This document shows, one piece after another, positions 31,953 to 43,939 of a stretch of 64,000 nucleotides of DNA. Source of the DNA: a virus (Duplodnaviria; Caudoviricetes); the IMG/VR virus record IMGVR_UViG_3300032007_001727; one strand, given 5' to 3'. The notes below the pieces were generated by a model. The model did not search any database and was not told the DNA's origin. It saw only the letters and a list, made by a program, of their open reading frames with translations. Both the position numbers and the translations under genes were made by a program. Positions within the stretch are counted from its first letter, which is position 1, and the number at the start of each line of letters is the position of its first letter.

Positions 31953-32074
31953 CCAAAAAGTTTATCAAATTTAAAACAAGGGCAATAATGTTAGGATAAA
32001 AAATGAGCGAACCTTGAATGGGTTCGCTCTTATGTTTATAGATGGTGTGAGATTAGAGTTGGTCTTGTGGCTGC

Positions 32075-32470
32075 TTAATCATCAGCATAATCACCAAGAC
32101 CTAAGTTTTGAGCCATTCTTTTACCTTTTTGGTGGTATCCTTTGAAATATGGACTTCGCTTCATTATTTGTTCTGCACCGCTTAATCCATCAGAGTTGGT
32201 TAATTCAATTCCGTTTTCTTGGTCTCTCCTTCCGATATTCCATTCTCGTTCCGCACTTCTTGCTTTCTCTAGATTGTTATGAATATCTCTTTCATCTTGG
32301 TCACGCCACCCTCTTGCGCTTCTTACTCGGTGGACGGCCCCCCAATCTTCTGCGTTATTACCGTGAAGACTTTCTCCACCATATTCTACTTCATTGAGTA
32401 TTCTATTCACTGACTCTTTCACGATTCTATGAAGGTCACTCTCCGTTAATCTTATAAGTTTCTTTTTCAT
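32075..32470 (-). CDS. Putative late/virion-associated protein with KKLIRLTESDLHRIVKESV leader
   Basis: GATATTTAT at 32506-32514 (minus strand). Confidence 0.75.
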   Translation of the reverse strand: MKKKLIRLTESDLHRIVKESVNRILNEVEYGGESLHGNNAEDWGAVHRVRSARGWRDQDERDIHNNLEKARSAEREWNIGRRDQENGIELTNSDGLSGAEQIMKRSPYFKGYHQKGKRMAQNLGLGDYADD

Positions 32471-32578
32471 ATTGTTTTATATGTGTTTATTTTGTTATTT
32501 TTATAATAAATATCACAATAAACAGAAAATGCAGCCATTTCTGACTGCATTTTAATATTTGTTGTGCCAACTGCTATG

Positions 32579-33265
32579 TTACTGCTCAACCTTGGTCCAA
32601 TTATATAATCCCAAGTAATAGTTTGCATTTTGCATCCAAGTATTATAGCCACTGCTACCTTGTGGAACGTATAGAGTACCATTAGATGCTATTTCATTAA
32701 ATGTGTCATCAATTAAGGTAGGTGCCGTCATGGCAAGTGACGTAATGGACGTAAGACTACTACACTCAAGGAAACACTGACTGCCAACGCTTGTAACACC
32801 ACTTGGTATCGTTATGCTTGTTAAACCACTACATTCTCTAAATAAATCCTCACCAAGCCTTGTAACACCGCTTGGAATCGTTACGCTCGTTAAACTCGAA
32901 CATTGACTGAAAACAAAATCACCAATGCTTGTAACGGTGTCCGAAATCGTTATGCTTGATAACTCATAGCACCCGCTGAAAACACTATCGCCAATGCTTG
33001 TGCACAGCGTACCGATTTCAACGCTTGTAATCTCATATTTCATGTCCACCACATCATATATCATGCTATCGGTCAGTTCTCCGCTTCCCTCAATCTCCAT
33101 GGGGCCACTATAACTTGATGTCAGTTTACAGAAGAAGGGTGACTCCACGTACGGAGTATAGTGCATTTCGTTTTCTTGTACGCAAAGTGACACGTTAGGC
33201 AGTATCAATCCGCTTTGTGCAGCCTCATATGCGCTGTGATTCTCAAATTCTTTAACGTATTTCAT
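32579..33265 (-). CDS. BspA-type LRR protein, copy 4 (no poly-G tract)
   Basis: MKYVKEF start, LRR_5 repeats, TLYVPQGSSGY..WTKVEQ end. Confidence 0.9.
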   Translation of the reverse strand: MKYVKEFENHSAYEAAQSGLILPNVSLCVQENEMHYTPYVESPFFCKLTSSYSGPMEIEGSGELTDSMIYDVVDMKYEITSVEIGTLCTSIGDSVFSGCYELSSITISDTVTSIGDFVFSQCSSLTSVTIPSGVTRLGEDLFRECSGLTSITIPSGVTSVGSQCFLECSSLTSITSLAMTAPTLIDDTFNEIASNGTLYVPQGSSGYNTWMQNANYYLGLYNWTKVEQ

Positions 33266-33719
33266 AGTTAAATTAATTAATAAAGATTTAAGTTAAGTTA
33301 TTTATTTCTCTTTATAAATATCACAATGAGTTTGTTTTTCATGGAGAAATATCCACATATTTCACGTCTTCCCGCATAAATAGGGAGGATTGAACGTATA
33401 GTAAGCGTAGAAATTAATTTTTTAAAACACTTAATTCATTGATAATCAGATAGTTAGTGTTAAACCTTATGAATTAAGTTCATAAGACTTCATAAGGGTG
33501 AAAAATTGAAGGCGAAACCGTCAATGAAACATATATTGTTGTGGTGTTATAGTATGGTTTTGACTGACGGTTTTAAGGGAAATAAGAAAAAAAGAAAGGT
33601 GATAATGAAAGGGTGATAAAAAAAAGAATAAGAAGAAACAAGAACAAATTAAAAGTAGTAATGATTAGAAGGAGTAATAAAAAGAAAGGTGATATAAAAA
33701 CCTTAAAACAACAAAAAAC

Positions 33720-34190
33720 AATAATAAAATTGTGATAAAAATAGCATTTTTTCTGACCACTGCAAAAACCTTAAAAACTGTGATAAAAAGAAGCATTTTT
33801 TGTTACTGTTGTAAAAATCTTAAAAACCTTAATAAAAGGTGATAAAAAACAGCATTTTTTCCGACTGTTGAAAAAACCACAAAAACTGCAATAAAAACCT
33901 TAAAAAGAAGCATTTTTTCCGGCTGTTGTAAAAACCTTAAAAACCTTAATAAAAACCTTAAAAAGAAGCATTTTTTCCGGCTGTTGTAAAAACCTTAAAA
34001 ACCTTAATAAAAACAGTTTTCTTTTATTAATATTTTAATTTTTATTAATTTATTTAAACTCTGCTAAAATAAATTTCGCCTATATGAAAAATTTATTTTA
34101 ACTTGGCTAAAATAAATTAATATGATATTATTACCGGTACTATATTATTACATTATTATTTTCAGTACTATATTATTACATTATTATTAC
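33720..34190. repeat. Tandem ~50-59 bp repeats (x5) plus AT-rich direct repeats in a 1-kb non-coding island; candidate replication origin
   Basis: AGCATTTTTT starts at about 33743, 33792, 33851, 33909 and 33967; the last two units are identical. GTACTATATTATTACATTATTATT occurs twice. Confidence 0.75.
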
Positions 34191-34342
34191 CGGAATTAAT
34201 TTACTGAAAATGTAAAATCAGAAAATAAGTCTTACAGATTAAGTTTTTAGTACTAGAGCGAACCAAAATAATTTGTGCAAATATTTGTATTTCTCATATT
34301 TTTTTTATATATTTGCAAAAATTCATATTTCAGTGTAAAGAA

Positions 34343-34894
34343 ATGGCTAAAAAGAAAGAAGTGAAGGAAAGACCAAATCTGATTGAGTTGTTCCGAAACT
34401 ATATGACAAGGAAATCATCTGAACAACAGAACGATGATGATGGTTGGGAAGATATATATGGTGTCTTTAACAATTGGTGGGAAGATGAGGATGACGGATT
34501 CGCGGAATATATGAAATCCAAATACGGGAAGAAGAATAAGCATAAGAAGAACAAGAAGAAACAATTTGATGATGATGACGAGTATGACTTCAACTTTCCG
34601 GACACCAATGAAGACGTTACCGTCCTTGATAATGACAAGAAGATATATTTCTATTATGACTATCATTATGAGGACGAGAGGGAAGAGTTTGATTCAATTG
34701 AGGAATTCAATGAATTCTGTGAGTCCATGGGGTATTTCATCCCGGACTATGTCATAGCGGAAATGTTCTATGGGACAGAGTTCCACTGTTGCATATATCC
34801 TAGCACTGAGCGGGACGGTACGTTTGAGGTTGCTTGCGAGTTGAGTTACGGGGAATTGTTTTTTGAGGTTTGTGATAATAGTGAGTTGGAATAG
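34343..34894 (+). CDS. Acidic hypothetical protein
   Basis: Shares IYFY...F.S..(E/D)F..FC with the next gene. Confidence 0.7.
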   Translation: MAKKKEVKERPNLIELFRNYMTRKSSEQQNDDDGWEDIYGVFNNWWEDEDDGFAEYMKSKYGKKNKHKKNKKKQFDDDDEYDFNFPDTNEDVTVLDNDKKIYFYYDYHYEDEREEFDSIEEFNEFCESMGYFIPDYVIAEMFYGTEFHCCIYPSTERDGTFEVACELSYGELFFEVCDNSELE

Positions 34895-34897
34895 ACG

Positions 34898-35359
34898 GTG
34901 ATTAATTATTATTTCAATAATAGAAGGTTTGAACTCCGCGAGTTGGTCAAGGATTATCTGAAGGGTAGGATAACAGACCCCTCCGTGTATGGGGGGTATG
35001 GGTATAATTCCTTTGGAAACAGCGGCAATAAGGGTACCATTACGGTCCATAGCGTGAGGGATGTCCCGGGGTTTAATATGGTAAGGATATATTTCTATGA
35101 GTTTTCAAATCTGTATCATACACCACGGACGTTTACTAGCGTGAAAGACTTTGAGGATTTCTGCAAGAAATATGAATTGGAGTTGAATGATTGTCAGAAG
35201 ACAATGATAGCAACGCTTGGAATTGCGTATGTTGCTTGCTATGAAGGGTTTAAGGACTTGAATATCAGAGGTTCGTATAAGAATCTCAAGGATACCATGG
35301 GAGAAAGGGGTGCGTTGAAGTTAATGGACGGTATTGTGAATAACAAATTCAAACTATAA
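34898..35359 (+). CDS. Hypothetical protein
   Basis: GTG start right after the previous stop. Confidence 0.65.
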   Translation: MINYYFNNRRFELRELVKDYLKGRITDPSVYGGYGYNSFGNSGNKGTITVHSVRDVPGFNMVRIYFYEFSNLYHTPRTFTSVKDFEDFCKKYELELNDCQKTMIATLGIAYVACYEGFKDLNIRGSYKNLKDTMGERGALKLMDGIVNNKFKL

Positions 35360-35391
35360 AAACCATATCTCATTTCTTTTAATTGTTGAAT

Positions 35392-36200
35392 TGTACTTAA
35401 TTAAGTACATGAGGGGGTGCTGCCTAGGGTGGTGCCCCCTTATTATAATAAGGTATAAAAAAGAGGTTGGTACCCTTGAATGGTGATGCCAACCTCTTCT
35501 CGTAGAAATAAAATCTTAATCTTTATGAAAACAGTAAACATGACATGTGCTATAATACCATTGTACTTAATTAAGTACATAGAGGGGGGATTTTTAGTTA
35601 TCTACTACCCTCAAGGTGGTTACCTTCTCTTTATATTCATCCTTGAAGTGGAACTGTATGAACTGTTGTTCATTTTCAGCATCCCAAAAGCCTCCTCCCG
35701 GCATTCCGGCATAGTTCTTTGCCTTTTCAACATCTGTGGTGAACTCAAGTTTATGGTTGGCTCCATCCAACTTGCTTAAGTATTCACCTTTCTCATTCTT
35801 TAAGAAATATCCACTCATAATTATATTATTGCTTAGATTTAAGTTTTATTCAAGAGACATTAAGCATTACTACGTACTTAATTAAGTACATTGGGCGGGG
35901 TGGACCTAGTACTCATAGTCTAGGTGTACCACCTCGGGGTACTGTTCTTTGAAGAGTGTCATTATCTGTTCTCTCAAGGCCCCCGCGTAATATCCGTCCC
36001 GGCCTTCATATGCCTCGTCTTTATTATTGGTGAAGGTGAGTTTGGTATTGGGGAAGTCTATCTCCTTGATGTATACCTTAGCATTGCCCTTCTTATAAAA
36101 ATAGTTTGCCATATTTTTAATATATTATTTGTTAACACTGCAAAGATATATAAAATATCTGAGAATTCCAAATTATTGTACTTAAAAAAGTACAAAGGGG
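35392..36200. repeat. Palindrome TGTACTTAATTAAGTACA cluster 1 (35392, 35562, 35874, variant 36177)
   Basis: Each copy is followed by a G run. Confidence 0.85.
35594..36112 (-). CDS. Two small paralogous genes (35594-35818, 35906-36112)
   Basis: Y...(L/I)D....KL.FT...(E).A....EQ....FK..Y shared. Confidence 0.65.
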
Positions 36201-36504
36201 GCATGCTTTACGTATATATACAATAATAGCAGCAATAATAAAATGGTGATGGTATTCATAATCAAAATTCTGAATTAAATTAATTCTTTCTTTTATCCGA
36301 GTACCTTGGTTATGAATCTACCAATTATTTATTATTATTGCCGTCGCTATGTATATATATTCTATTATCCCAATAGATTTCTTCTTATATATACCGTGGT
36401 ACTACACTATATATATGGTTTCTATTTTTTTCTTTTCTTCTTCTTTTTTTTTCTATCTTTTTATTTGTTGATTCTTCTTCTAACTATTTGATAGATGGTG
36501 GGAG

Positions 36505-36828
36505 TCATCCCATGACATCAATTACATGGAGTTCAACGGTTTTCCATTCCCATTTGTCATCCAAGTAATTCTGTGGGTCAAGCGGGTCTAACGTCTTCAC
36601 CTTTATATAATATGTGGATATCTTCCCGCCGGTATGTGCCGTGAAGTTTGCGCACAGCCCTTCAATACCCAAATATGGTGCTGAATATATTTGGCCGTCT
36701 ACGGATTGATTCCGGATAAACTCCTCTGCTCTTTTTGATGGGTAACAATAGCCATGCGCATCAACTCTTAAAATGGTAGAGAAACGCGGCCTAACCACCC
36801 CTTCTAAATTAATCTGAATTATCTTCAT
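36505..36828 (-). CDS. Hypothetical early protein
   Basis: Preceded by a reverse copy of the early promoter repeat at about 36850-36905. Confidence 0.65.
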   Translation of the reverse strand: MKIIQINLEGVVRPRFSTILRVDAHGYCYPSKRAEEFIRNQSVDGQIYSAPYLGIEGLCANFTAHTGGKISTYYIKVKTLDPLDPQNYLDDKWEWKTVELHVIDVMG

Positions 36829-37071
36829 CTAATGTATTTTTGAATTTCGGGGACAAAAGTACCTTCAATAATTGAAATGACGAAATGAAATATGGATTTT
36901 TTGAAAAAATGCCCCTTATATATAATATAATAATGTATATGGAAAAAAATTGTTTTTATTTGAAAATAATTTGATTTTTGTTTCGCTAATTCAAATTATT
37001 TGGGTACTTTTGCAACGTCAAAACAAAAAAACAATTAACATTATCGTCAAACAATTTAAATTTCAAAGATT

Positions 37072-38166
37072 ATGGCACACGGATTAGAAGAGAGAAATGG
37101 TAAGTTTTCATTCGCAGAGAATGGCAGTAGGGAACGCGCATGGCACGGCCTTGGTGAGGTATTTGACCGTCCAATGTTCATTGGTGAGGCTCTGAAGGCT
37201 TGTCGCGCTGACTTTAAGGTGCAGTTGCAGCCCATCGCAGCACTTTCGGATGACATTATCAATGCCATCGAGAACGGGGAAAGCATTGACGCTTCCATAT
37301 TGCGCGGCCTCATTGTTGAGGGCAAGAAGGCCACGGTACGCACCGACTTGAATGCTCCCTTGGGTATTACGAGCGACACCTACGGCATTGTACAGAATGA
37401 AGATGCGTTCAAGTTCGTGGATATGCTCTGCTCCGGCTTGGAGGCCGATAGGGATTCTCATCCTACGATTGAGTCATGCGGAGTGCTCGGCAAGGGTGAA
37501 AGAGTGTTCGTAACGTGCAAGATGCCGGAGGATATTATCCTTGACGCAAAGCGTGACGATAGGATTGAAACCTATGTGGTGTTCACCACGTCCCATGATG
37601 GCACCGGCGCCGTTCGCTGCATGGTCACTAACATTCGCGTGGTATGCTCCAATACGCTTGCATGGGCAATGCAGAACAATAGCGGACGTATTGCCTTCCG
37701 TCATTCTTCAAGAGTTATGAGCCGCCTTGACCTGCTCAACAAGGAGAACGCTGAATTCGCATATCGTACGCTTGGTTTGTGGCGTGAATATGAGAGTTCC
37801 TTCAAACAGAGTCTTGAGCACCTTCGCAATATCAAGATTAGCGAGCGGTTCTTGGAGGACTTGGTGGCCGAGGTGGCTTTGAGTGATGAGTCCAACAAGA
37901 TTTTCTTGGAGAGCCGCAACATCTTCCACGAGGACATACCGACAAGAGGCCGGAACATCTACCTTGGCATGATGAACGCCATGGAGAACGGCATCGGGCA
38001 GGACATCTTGGAGAGCGGAAACGCATTGTGGGCATTGAACGGCATTACAACGTATTTCCAAAACGAGGCCAACTTCAAGAACAGCGAAGTGATGTTCGAG
38101 AACATTATGGACGGCAACGTGTACAAGAAGGTACAGAAAGCATACGACAAGTTGGTCGCAGCCTAA
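37072..38166 (+). CDS. DUF932 (TIGR03299-like phage/plasmid) protein
   Basis: AWHGLG, YGIVQNEDAF, GVLGKGERVF, TSHDGTG, IRVVCSNTL, RHS. Confidence 0.85.
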   Translation: MAHGLEERNGKFSFAENGSRERAWHGLGEVFDRPMFIGEALKACRADFKVQLQPIAALSDDIINAIENGESIDASILRGLIVEGKKATVRTDLNAPLGITSDTYGIVQNEDAFKFVDMLCSGLEADRDSHPTIESCGVLGKGERVFVTCKMPEDIILDAKRDDRIETYVVFTTSHDGTGAVRCMVTNIRVVCSNTLAWAMQNNSGRIAFRHSSRVMSRLDLLNKENAEFAYRTLGLWREYESSFKQSLEHLRNIKISERFLEDLVAEVALSDESNKIFLESRNIFHEDIPTRGRNIYLGMMNAMENGIGQDILESGNALWALNGITTYFQNEANFKNSEVMFENIMDGNVYKKVQKAYDKLVAA

Positions 38167-38309
38167 AATGAGAGTCCTAAAGGTGGGTGCTGAAAGATGC
38201 ACCCATCTTTTTTTTATTTTTAATTGAAAATAATTTGATTTTTGTTTCGGTATTTCAATTTATTTGGGTACTTTTGCAGCGTCAAACAATTTTAAAATAG
38301 TTATAGATT

Positions 38310-38636
38310 ATGTTCGTATTAATTTTTGTCAAGAGTTATGAAAACGGGTTTTCGATAGAAAACTCCTATCAGACTGCCCTTTATGAGAGCAGGGAAGAAG
38401 CCGTAAAGGTTATGAAAGAGAGCGCAGAGAAGCACGTTAATTCCTATTTGGAAACGGAAGATGATGAGCACATAGAATTTACCGAATACGGGGATTTGGG
38501 GGAAAAGGGTTTGGGCTTGGATATTGAATATCAAGCCAATAAGATTTCGGTGACGGATGATTGCAGTTTGAGCAACCACTATAGGAAATGGGAATGGGTT
38601 GTTACGGCAAGTAAGCCGGAGATTGAAGTTTATTAA
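38310..38636 (+). CDS. Hypothetical early protein
   Basis: Follows a promoter repeat. Confidence 0.7.
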   Translation: MFVLIFVKSYENGFSIENSYQTALYESREEAVKVMKESAEKHVNSYLETEDDEHIEFTEYGDLGEKGLGLDIEYQANKISVTDDCSLSNHYRKWEWVVTASKPEIEVY

Positions 38637-38724
38637 CATTAAAGAAAAAAAGTTGGGATAATATTTCGTTATTCCAATTTTTTTTGGTATATTTGCAATG
38701 TGAAATAAATAATCAATATTAATT

Positions 38725-39081
38725 ATGTTAGTTAGAGTATATATTACATCAATAGAAATTGGCCTTGTGGTGAATGAGGCCGTTGATAGCGGGCTTTTGA
38801 GGCTACAGCGTAGTTTTGACGGTAAGAACGGGATTCTCGCCATATATGACGGGGAAATCAGCAAGATTGGCTTAGTTGCCCTTTCCGTCTTCGGGGTTAA
38901 GTTTTTCCCCTTGGATAACTATGGGGAATTTAAGATTACTTGCCCACATTGCGGCCGGAGAATTGAGGACGATTGGATTCTCACTTCATATACAGATGAG
39001 GTGTTGAGTGGAAAGAATATAAAGTGCGACAATGAGGAATGCGGCCATCAGATGGCTAATGTGGAATTTATTTTTAATTGA
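38725..39081 (+). CDS. Zn-ribbon hypothetical protein
   Basis: CPHC...CDNEEC. Confidence 0.65.
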   Translation: MLVRVYITSIEIGLVVNEAVDSGLLRLQRSFDGKNGILAIYDGEISKIGLVALSVFGVKFFPLDNYGEFKITCPHCGRRIEDDWILTSYTDEVLSGKNIKCDNEECGHQMANVEFIFN

Positions 39082-39305
39082 AAAATGTGTATGAGGATTA
39101 CGAAAGATTTCGTTATAGGGCAAGGACACGATACAGATTAGTATGACTGCATAATATAGTAATGAGATTGTTTTTGGAAATGGCATTTGTTGTGAAACAC
39201 GTGCCATTTTTTATTTTTAATTGAAAATAATTTGATTTTTGTTTCGGTATTTCAAAACTTTTGGGTACTTTTGCATTGTCAAACAAATAAAAACAATTTA
39301 AGATT

Positions 39306-40211
39306 ATGAAAAAGATTGAAGATGCTATCGCCTATAATCTGTTTCAATACGAAATGAACAGATTAAGCAAAATTACCTACAAGGGTTACGAAAAAACTTT
39401 GAAGGAGATTGGAATTGCCTATATTGCTTATTGCAATTCTTCTGCAAAATTAACGCATAACGGCAAGAAACATATGCTTACCTATGGCCTTTATTTGGCA
39501 TCATCTGACTTGTCCGGAGTGAACGTATGCCCAAAGAGCAAAATATGTCGTGAAAGTTGCCTTGTAGGTAGTGGTCACGCGAGGGTAGAGGGTTTGGCAA
39601 GTAAGGATAACTTGATTAATTCCCGTATCACCAAGACAAGGCTATTCTTCGCAAATAAGCCATTGTTTATGAAGTTAATGTGCATTGAGATTGACCGAGC
39701 CATTAGAAAGGCTGAAAGGGAAGGCATGGGCTTTTCCGTCCGGCTGAATTGTACAAGTGATATAAGCCCCCTTGCATTTTCATTGAATGGCAGGAACATT
39801 CTTGAAATATATCCGAATGTTTCATTCTATGACTACACCAAGGTAAAAAACTATTGGAAGATAACAGAGAGATATAATAACTATTATCTTACCTTTAGTC
39901 GTGACGGGAGCGAGGAAAACGATTCAGAGTGCATGGAATGGCTTTCGAGGGGCAATAATGTAGCCGTAGTATTTGGTGTACGCAAAGCGTCTGAATTGCC
40001 CAAGAAATGGAGAGGCTACGAAGTGTTGGTGGGTGACGATTACGATTATAGGGTATGGGACAAGTTGCAGGTTGGCAAACAGATTGTCGGCCTTGTATAT
40101 AAAGTGACCAAGAATGACTATGTAAAGGGTGAAGATGGCAAGTTTCACTTTGGTGGGATACCTAAATCTCCCTTCATCATACAAGCAAATGACAAGGATT
40201 GTGAGTATTAA
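39306..40211 (+). CDS. GP88-like phage protein (Cys-cluster)
   Basis: CPKSKICRESC, VRLNCTSD, FYDYTK, YLTFS, GNNVAVVF, GD..DYR. Confidence 0.7.
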   Translation: MKKIEDAIAYNLFQYEMNRLSKITYKGYEKTLKEIGIAYIAYCNSSAKLTHNGKKHMLTYGLYLASSDLSGVNVCPKSKICRESCLVGSGHARVEGLASKDNLINSRITKTRLFFANKPLFMKLMCIEIDRAIRKAEREGMGFSVRLNCTSDISPLAFSLNGRNILEIYPNVSFYDYTKVKNYWKITERYNNYYLTFSRDGSEENDSECMEWLSRGNNVAVVFGVRKASELPKKWRGYEVLVGDDYDYRVWDKLQVGKQIVGLVYKVTKNDYVKGEDGKFHFGGIPKSPFIIQANDKDCEY

Positions 40212-40284
40212 TTACTCACAATCTTTTTTGAAAAATAATTCCATTTTTATTTCGTCAATTCAAAAAGTTTGGGTAATTTTGCAT

Positions 40285-40355
40285 TGTAAATAGTAAATGT
40301 TGTTTGTTTAAGGTTGAGTGGCATTTGTTGTGAAACACGTGCCATTCTTTTTTTG
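40285..40355 (+). ncRNA. Stand-alone ~70-nt small RNA
   Basis: Early promoter repeat, then a U-rich tract, GUGA hairpin and U run, with no ORF in between. Confidence 0.55.
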
Positions 40356-40444
40356 TTTTTATTTGAAAATAATTGTGATTTTATTTCGTCATTTCAAAAC
40401 TTTTGGGTACTTTTGCATTGTCAAACAAATAAATGATAAAGATT

Positions 40445-43400
40445 ATGAAGTTTACATTGCATGGAAGAGAGTATGAAAGTTACCAATTGAGCAACGGCGC
40501 AATATTGGAATTGCTTGAAGGTAACACAATAAGCAATAAGCAGCGTGAATATCTCACCGGGAAGGTTCTCGAAAGATTTAAGAGCGATTTGTGTCCGAGA
40601 TATGGAGAGGGCACGGATGAGGTGTTTGCTCGTTTCTTCAGTGACTACGTGAACAGATGCCCCAATGATTTCAATAAGGCTGCAAGAGCCATGGGCACGG
40701 AACACAGATACTTACAGAGTGAAATGTTCAAGATGTGCCTTGCCTACATTAAGGAATTGTCGGAGCATTACGAAAGTGGCCGTTATGATGCCCGTAATGA
40801 ATGGGCTTGCCGGACAGCCAATGAGATAAACAAGATATTATAAAAATTTAGTAGCATATGAAGATTAAGGATTTGCCGAAGTTTTGCCTAAACATTGGCA
40901 ATACATTGGAAGATGAGTATGACGTGGCCGCAACCAACAATGGAATTTCCGTAAATGGTGAGATAGTTGGTGGCTATGATGAGGAAAGGGACATCAATGA
41001 TACTGATGATTTCTTAGAGTTGATTGATGATGCCATTCGTGAATGTGATGCCTTCACAGATGAGGACAAAGAAGAATTGGGAGTTGTTCTCTATAGTGAC
41101 GTACTGACATACGATATTGATTCTTGGTGGGACGAAGAAAAATTGTGAAAAAAAGTTGTGATTTTATTTCGTCAATTCAAAACTTTTGGGTACTTTTGCA
41201 ACGTCAAAACAAATAAACATTTTAATTAATATAGTATAAACAATAAAAAGATTAAAGTTATGAAGTTAGAAGTAAATGACATCGTGAAGATTCGCAGAGG
41301 CGACTTCGGAGTAGTAGTAGGTTTCAACAACAAGCCCTGCGCAATTCTGTTCCACTCCTTCACAAGTGTGCTGACGCGCTACAATGAGAACTTGAAGCAC
41401 TCCAACAAGGAATACGACATTGTGGCCGTGTACAACGGTGACAAGGTTGAGTCCTACAAGGAAGTATATCGGGCTAAATTCGACCCGGATGCCCTTGAAT
41501 TGGAGTTGCGGTACGAAGAATCCGTTTAACAATAATTAACAGAAATTGGAAAGGCATATTCTTTGCTTTTCCAATTTTTTTTTATATCTTTGCAAAAAAA
41601 GATAAGAAAAATGAAAATAACCACGGACGAAAGTAAGATTTATGAGAAGCATTGTGGCAAGAAGATTTGCACAGAAAATCTCAACATCGAAGGTTTTAAG
41701 AAGCCGATTCCATTTGACATCTATGATGGCTATGCAGTATGTTTAGACCATGGTGGCCATAGGTTTGATTTGGTTTATCCGACATTAAAGGCAATCAGCG
41801 AAAGCAAGGAACTATCCGATGCCATAATAGACTATGTCGGTGACATTTCAAACAAGTATGAAATCAGCGTCATTCATATCTTAATAACGTTTTCTACCTT
41901 ATACAAAGATGGGGTTGAGATAAAACCTAAGAAAAAATAAAAATTTAGGACTATGGGAAGATTTACTATTGAAATGAATTACAATGCCTCTATAATTGTT
42001 GAGGTGAACGCAGAAGATGAGGGAAAGGCATTAGATGAGGCAAGGAACATTGCCGAGGATGCGGATATTCGTGAATTTACGATTACATCTGAAAGAGAAT
42101 CAAGGATTCTCAAACGGGAATAAAAAAGTATCTCTGTTTTTAGACTGCAATAAATTGACTTGGTGAATTGCGTTTGTCGTGATGATAAGCGCAATTTTTT
42201 TTTAAAATAATTCCATTTTTGTTTCGGTAATTCAAAACTTTTGGGTACTTTTGCATCGTCAAACAAATAAAATGATAAAGATTATGACTAAAGAGGAAAT
42301 GGTTTTCGAGATTATGAAGTTTATCGCCCCCACGTTCGCGTCAAAAGGCGTTGAATTACAAGAACGTATAATTGCAGGTGGCGGCAACCCACAAGAGTGT
42401 ACAATTGGGGGTTATACAATTCTCGAGGCACAAGCGCAAAGCGCAAAGGAATGGGCAGAGGCTTTCGTAAATGTGTTATATAAATAAAACTTTAAACAAT
42501 GATTAAAGAGGAATTTTTGAAAACAATTGGTGGCTATCAAGCAGAGATAAGCGCACTCCATGACAAGATTGTAGAAACCACGGCCAAGTATCTCAAAGAG
42601 GCTGAAAAGCCCTACCCGGTTGGCTCGAAGGTTAGAGTCATCACCAATGAGCGAGGCACTAAGATTGTTCAAGCCGGAATCGTGACGGACTACACGCTCA
42701 ATCTTCAAGATGACATCACTCCGGTGATTATGAAGATGAAGAAGGACGGGACACCACATCCGACACAGAAGATTTGGTGTACATGGCGAAGTGTCATTGA
42801 ACCCATAACAGAATAAGGTTATGAAAAGGTTAGAAGAACTAAAGAGAAACAATGATACACGTTACTTCACCAATGGGAAGGTTTCCTTCCCATTGGATTT
42901 GTCCAAGATAACGTATGCGTCAAGAATTGATTTGGAACACGCAATGTACGCGGAGCGTGACGAGGAATGTGACTATCCTACAATTAATGAGTTGATTGCA
43001 AGCGGTTCTTTGCAGGAAAAGTCATATATCAAGATGTGTGATATAGATTATGAAAAATATCCGGCACAAGTTAGGCGAATGGATGAGAAGCAGATAGATG
43101 CCTTGTTAAAGAGGGTTCAAAACAAATTCAAGGCCAACGGATTCAATGTTACATTAGAGGCTTTGGTACATAACTTGAACGCATGGCTATTGGACTATAA
43201 GAGCGGCTATCTGGATGAGGCAAACAAGTATCATCTGTTCACTCCCTGCGGCTGCAACCCATTATCCTTTAGGGCTTCAGAGTTGGATGAGCACTGCCGA
43301 GATTGGCAAACAACATATGAAGCATAAAAAAAGTTGTGATTTTATTTCGGTATTCCAAAACTTTTGGGTACTTTTGCAATGTCAAACAATTTAAAACAAA

Positions 43401-43939
43401 TAAAGATTATGAGAATAAAAGGAAAAAAATCAATCAGTAATCGCATAGTTGAGATTGCTGAAAGCGGCAAGGCGATTGGGATGCCGAGCAAGTTTAATCT
43501 TCCACAGAACAAGGCCGTGCGCGAAAAGCATATTGCCATCTGTAAAGAGTTGGTTGAGATTTCTAAAAAGAACGGCAATTATCCGATAGGTACGCTTATT
43601 TACTTTGCCATCGGTACAAATTCCCATCGGACGGAAGTGTTTGAAAAGTGCTATCGGAAGATAGATGCCAAGAAGGCCGAAACCATCATCAGTTGGGTAA
43701 AGTTGTTCGCAGAGTATAACGATAACCCGAAAATGGTCAAGAACGCGAAGATTGCCCATGCCATCTGTTCCTTCTATGACAAGAACAATGGTGATACAAA
43801 GGCTTTCAAGATTGCCTTGGGGTGCTCGCAGCCGAATCCGGCAATAGAATCATTCAAGGAAACCGCCCAAGCATTGGGAATTGCGAAGGAGTCGCTTTCA
43901 GAGGCCGAGGCTGAAATGGCGGTGGTAACGGTTGAGTAG
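40445..43939 (+). CDS. Run of small early genes: 40445-40843, 40858-41148, 41260-41529, 41611-41940, 41953-42123, 42284-42487, 42499-42816, 42821-43327, 43409-43939
   Basis: Most follow a promoter repeat and an ATTATG-type start. No recognisable domains. Confidence 0.7.

Noticed and set aside
2184-32578. 16-bp match TTGTGCCAACTGCTAT at ~2184 and ~32562
   Set aside because: About one match of this length is expected by chance in 64 kb, and the 2184 copy lies within a plausible gene remnant.
2456-33265. Diversity-generating retroelement acting on the BspA genes
   Set aside because: No reverse transcriptase and no non-coding template repeat with adenine-specific differences in this window.
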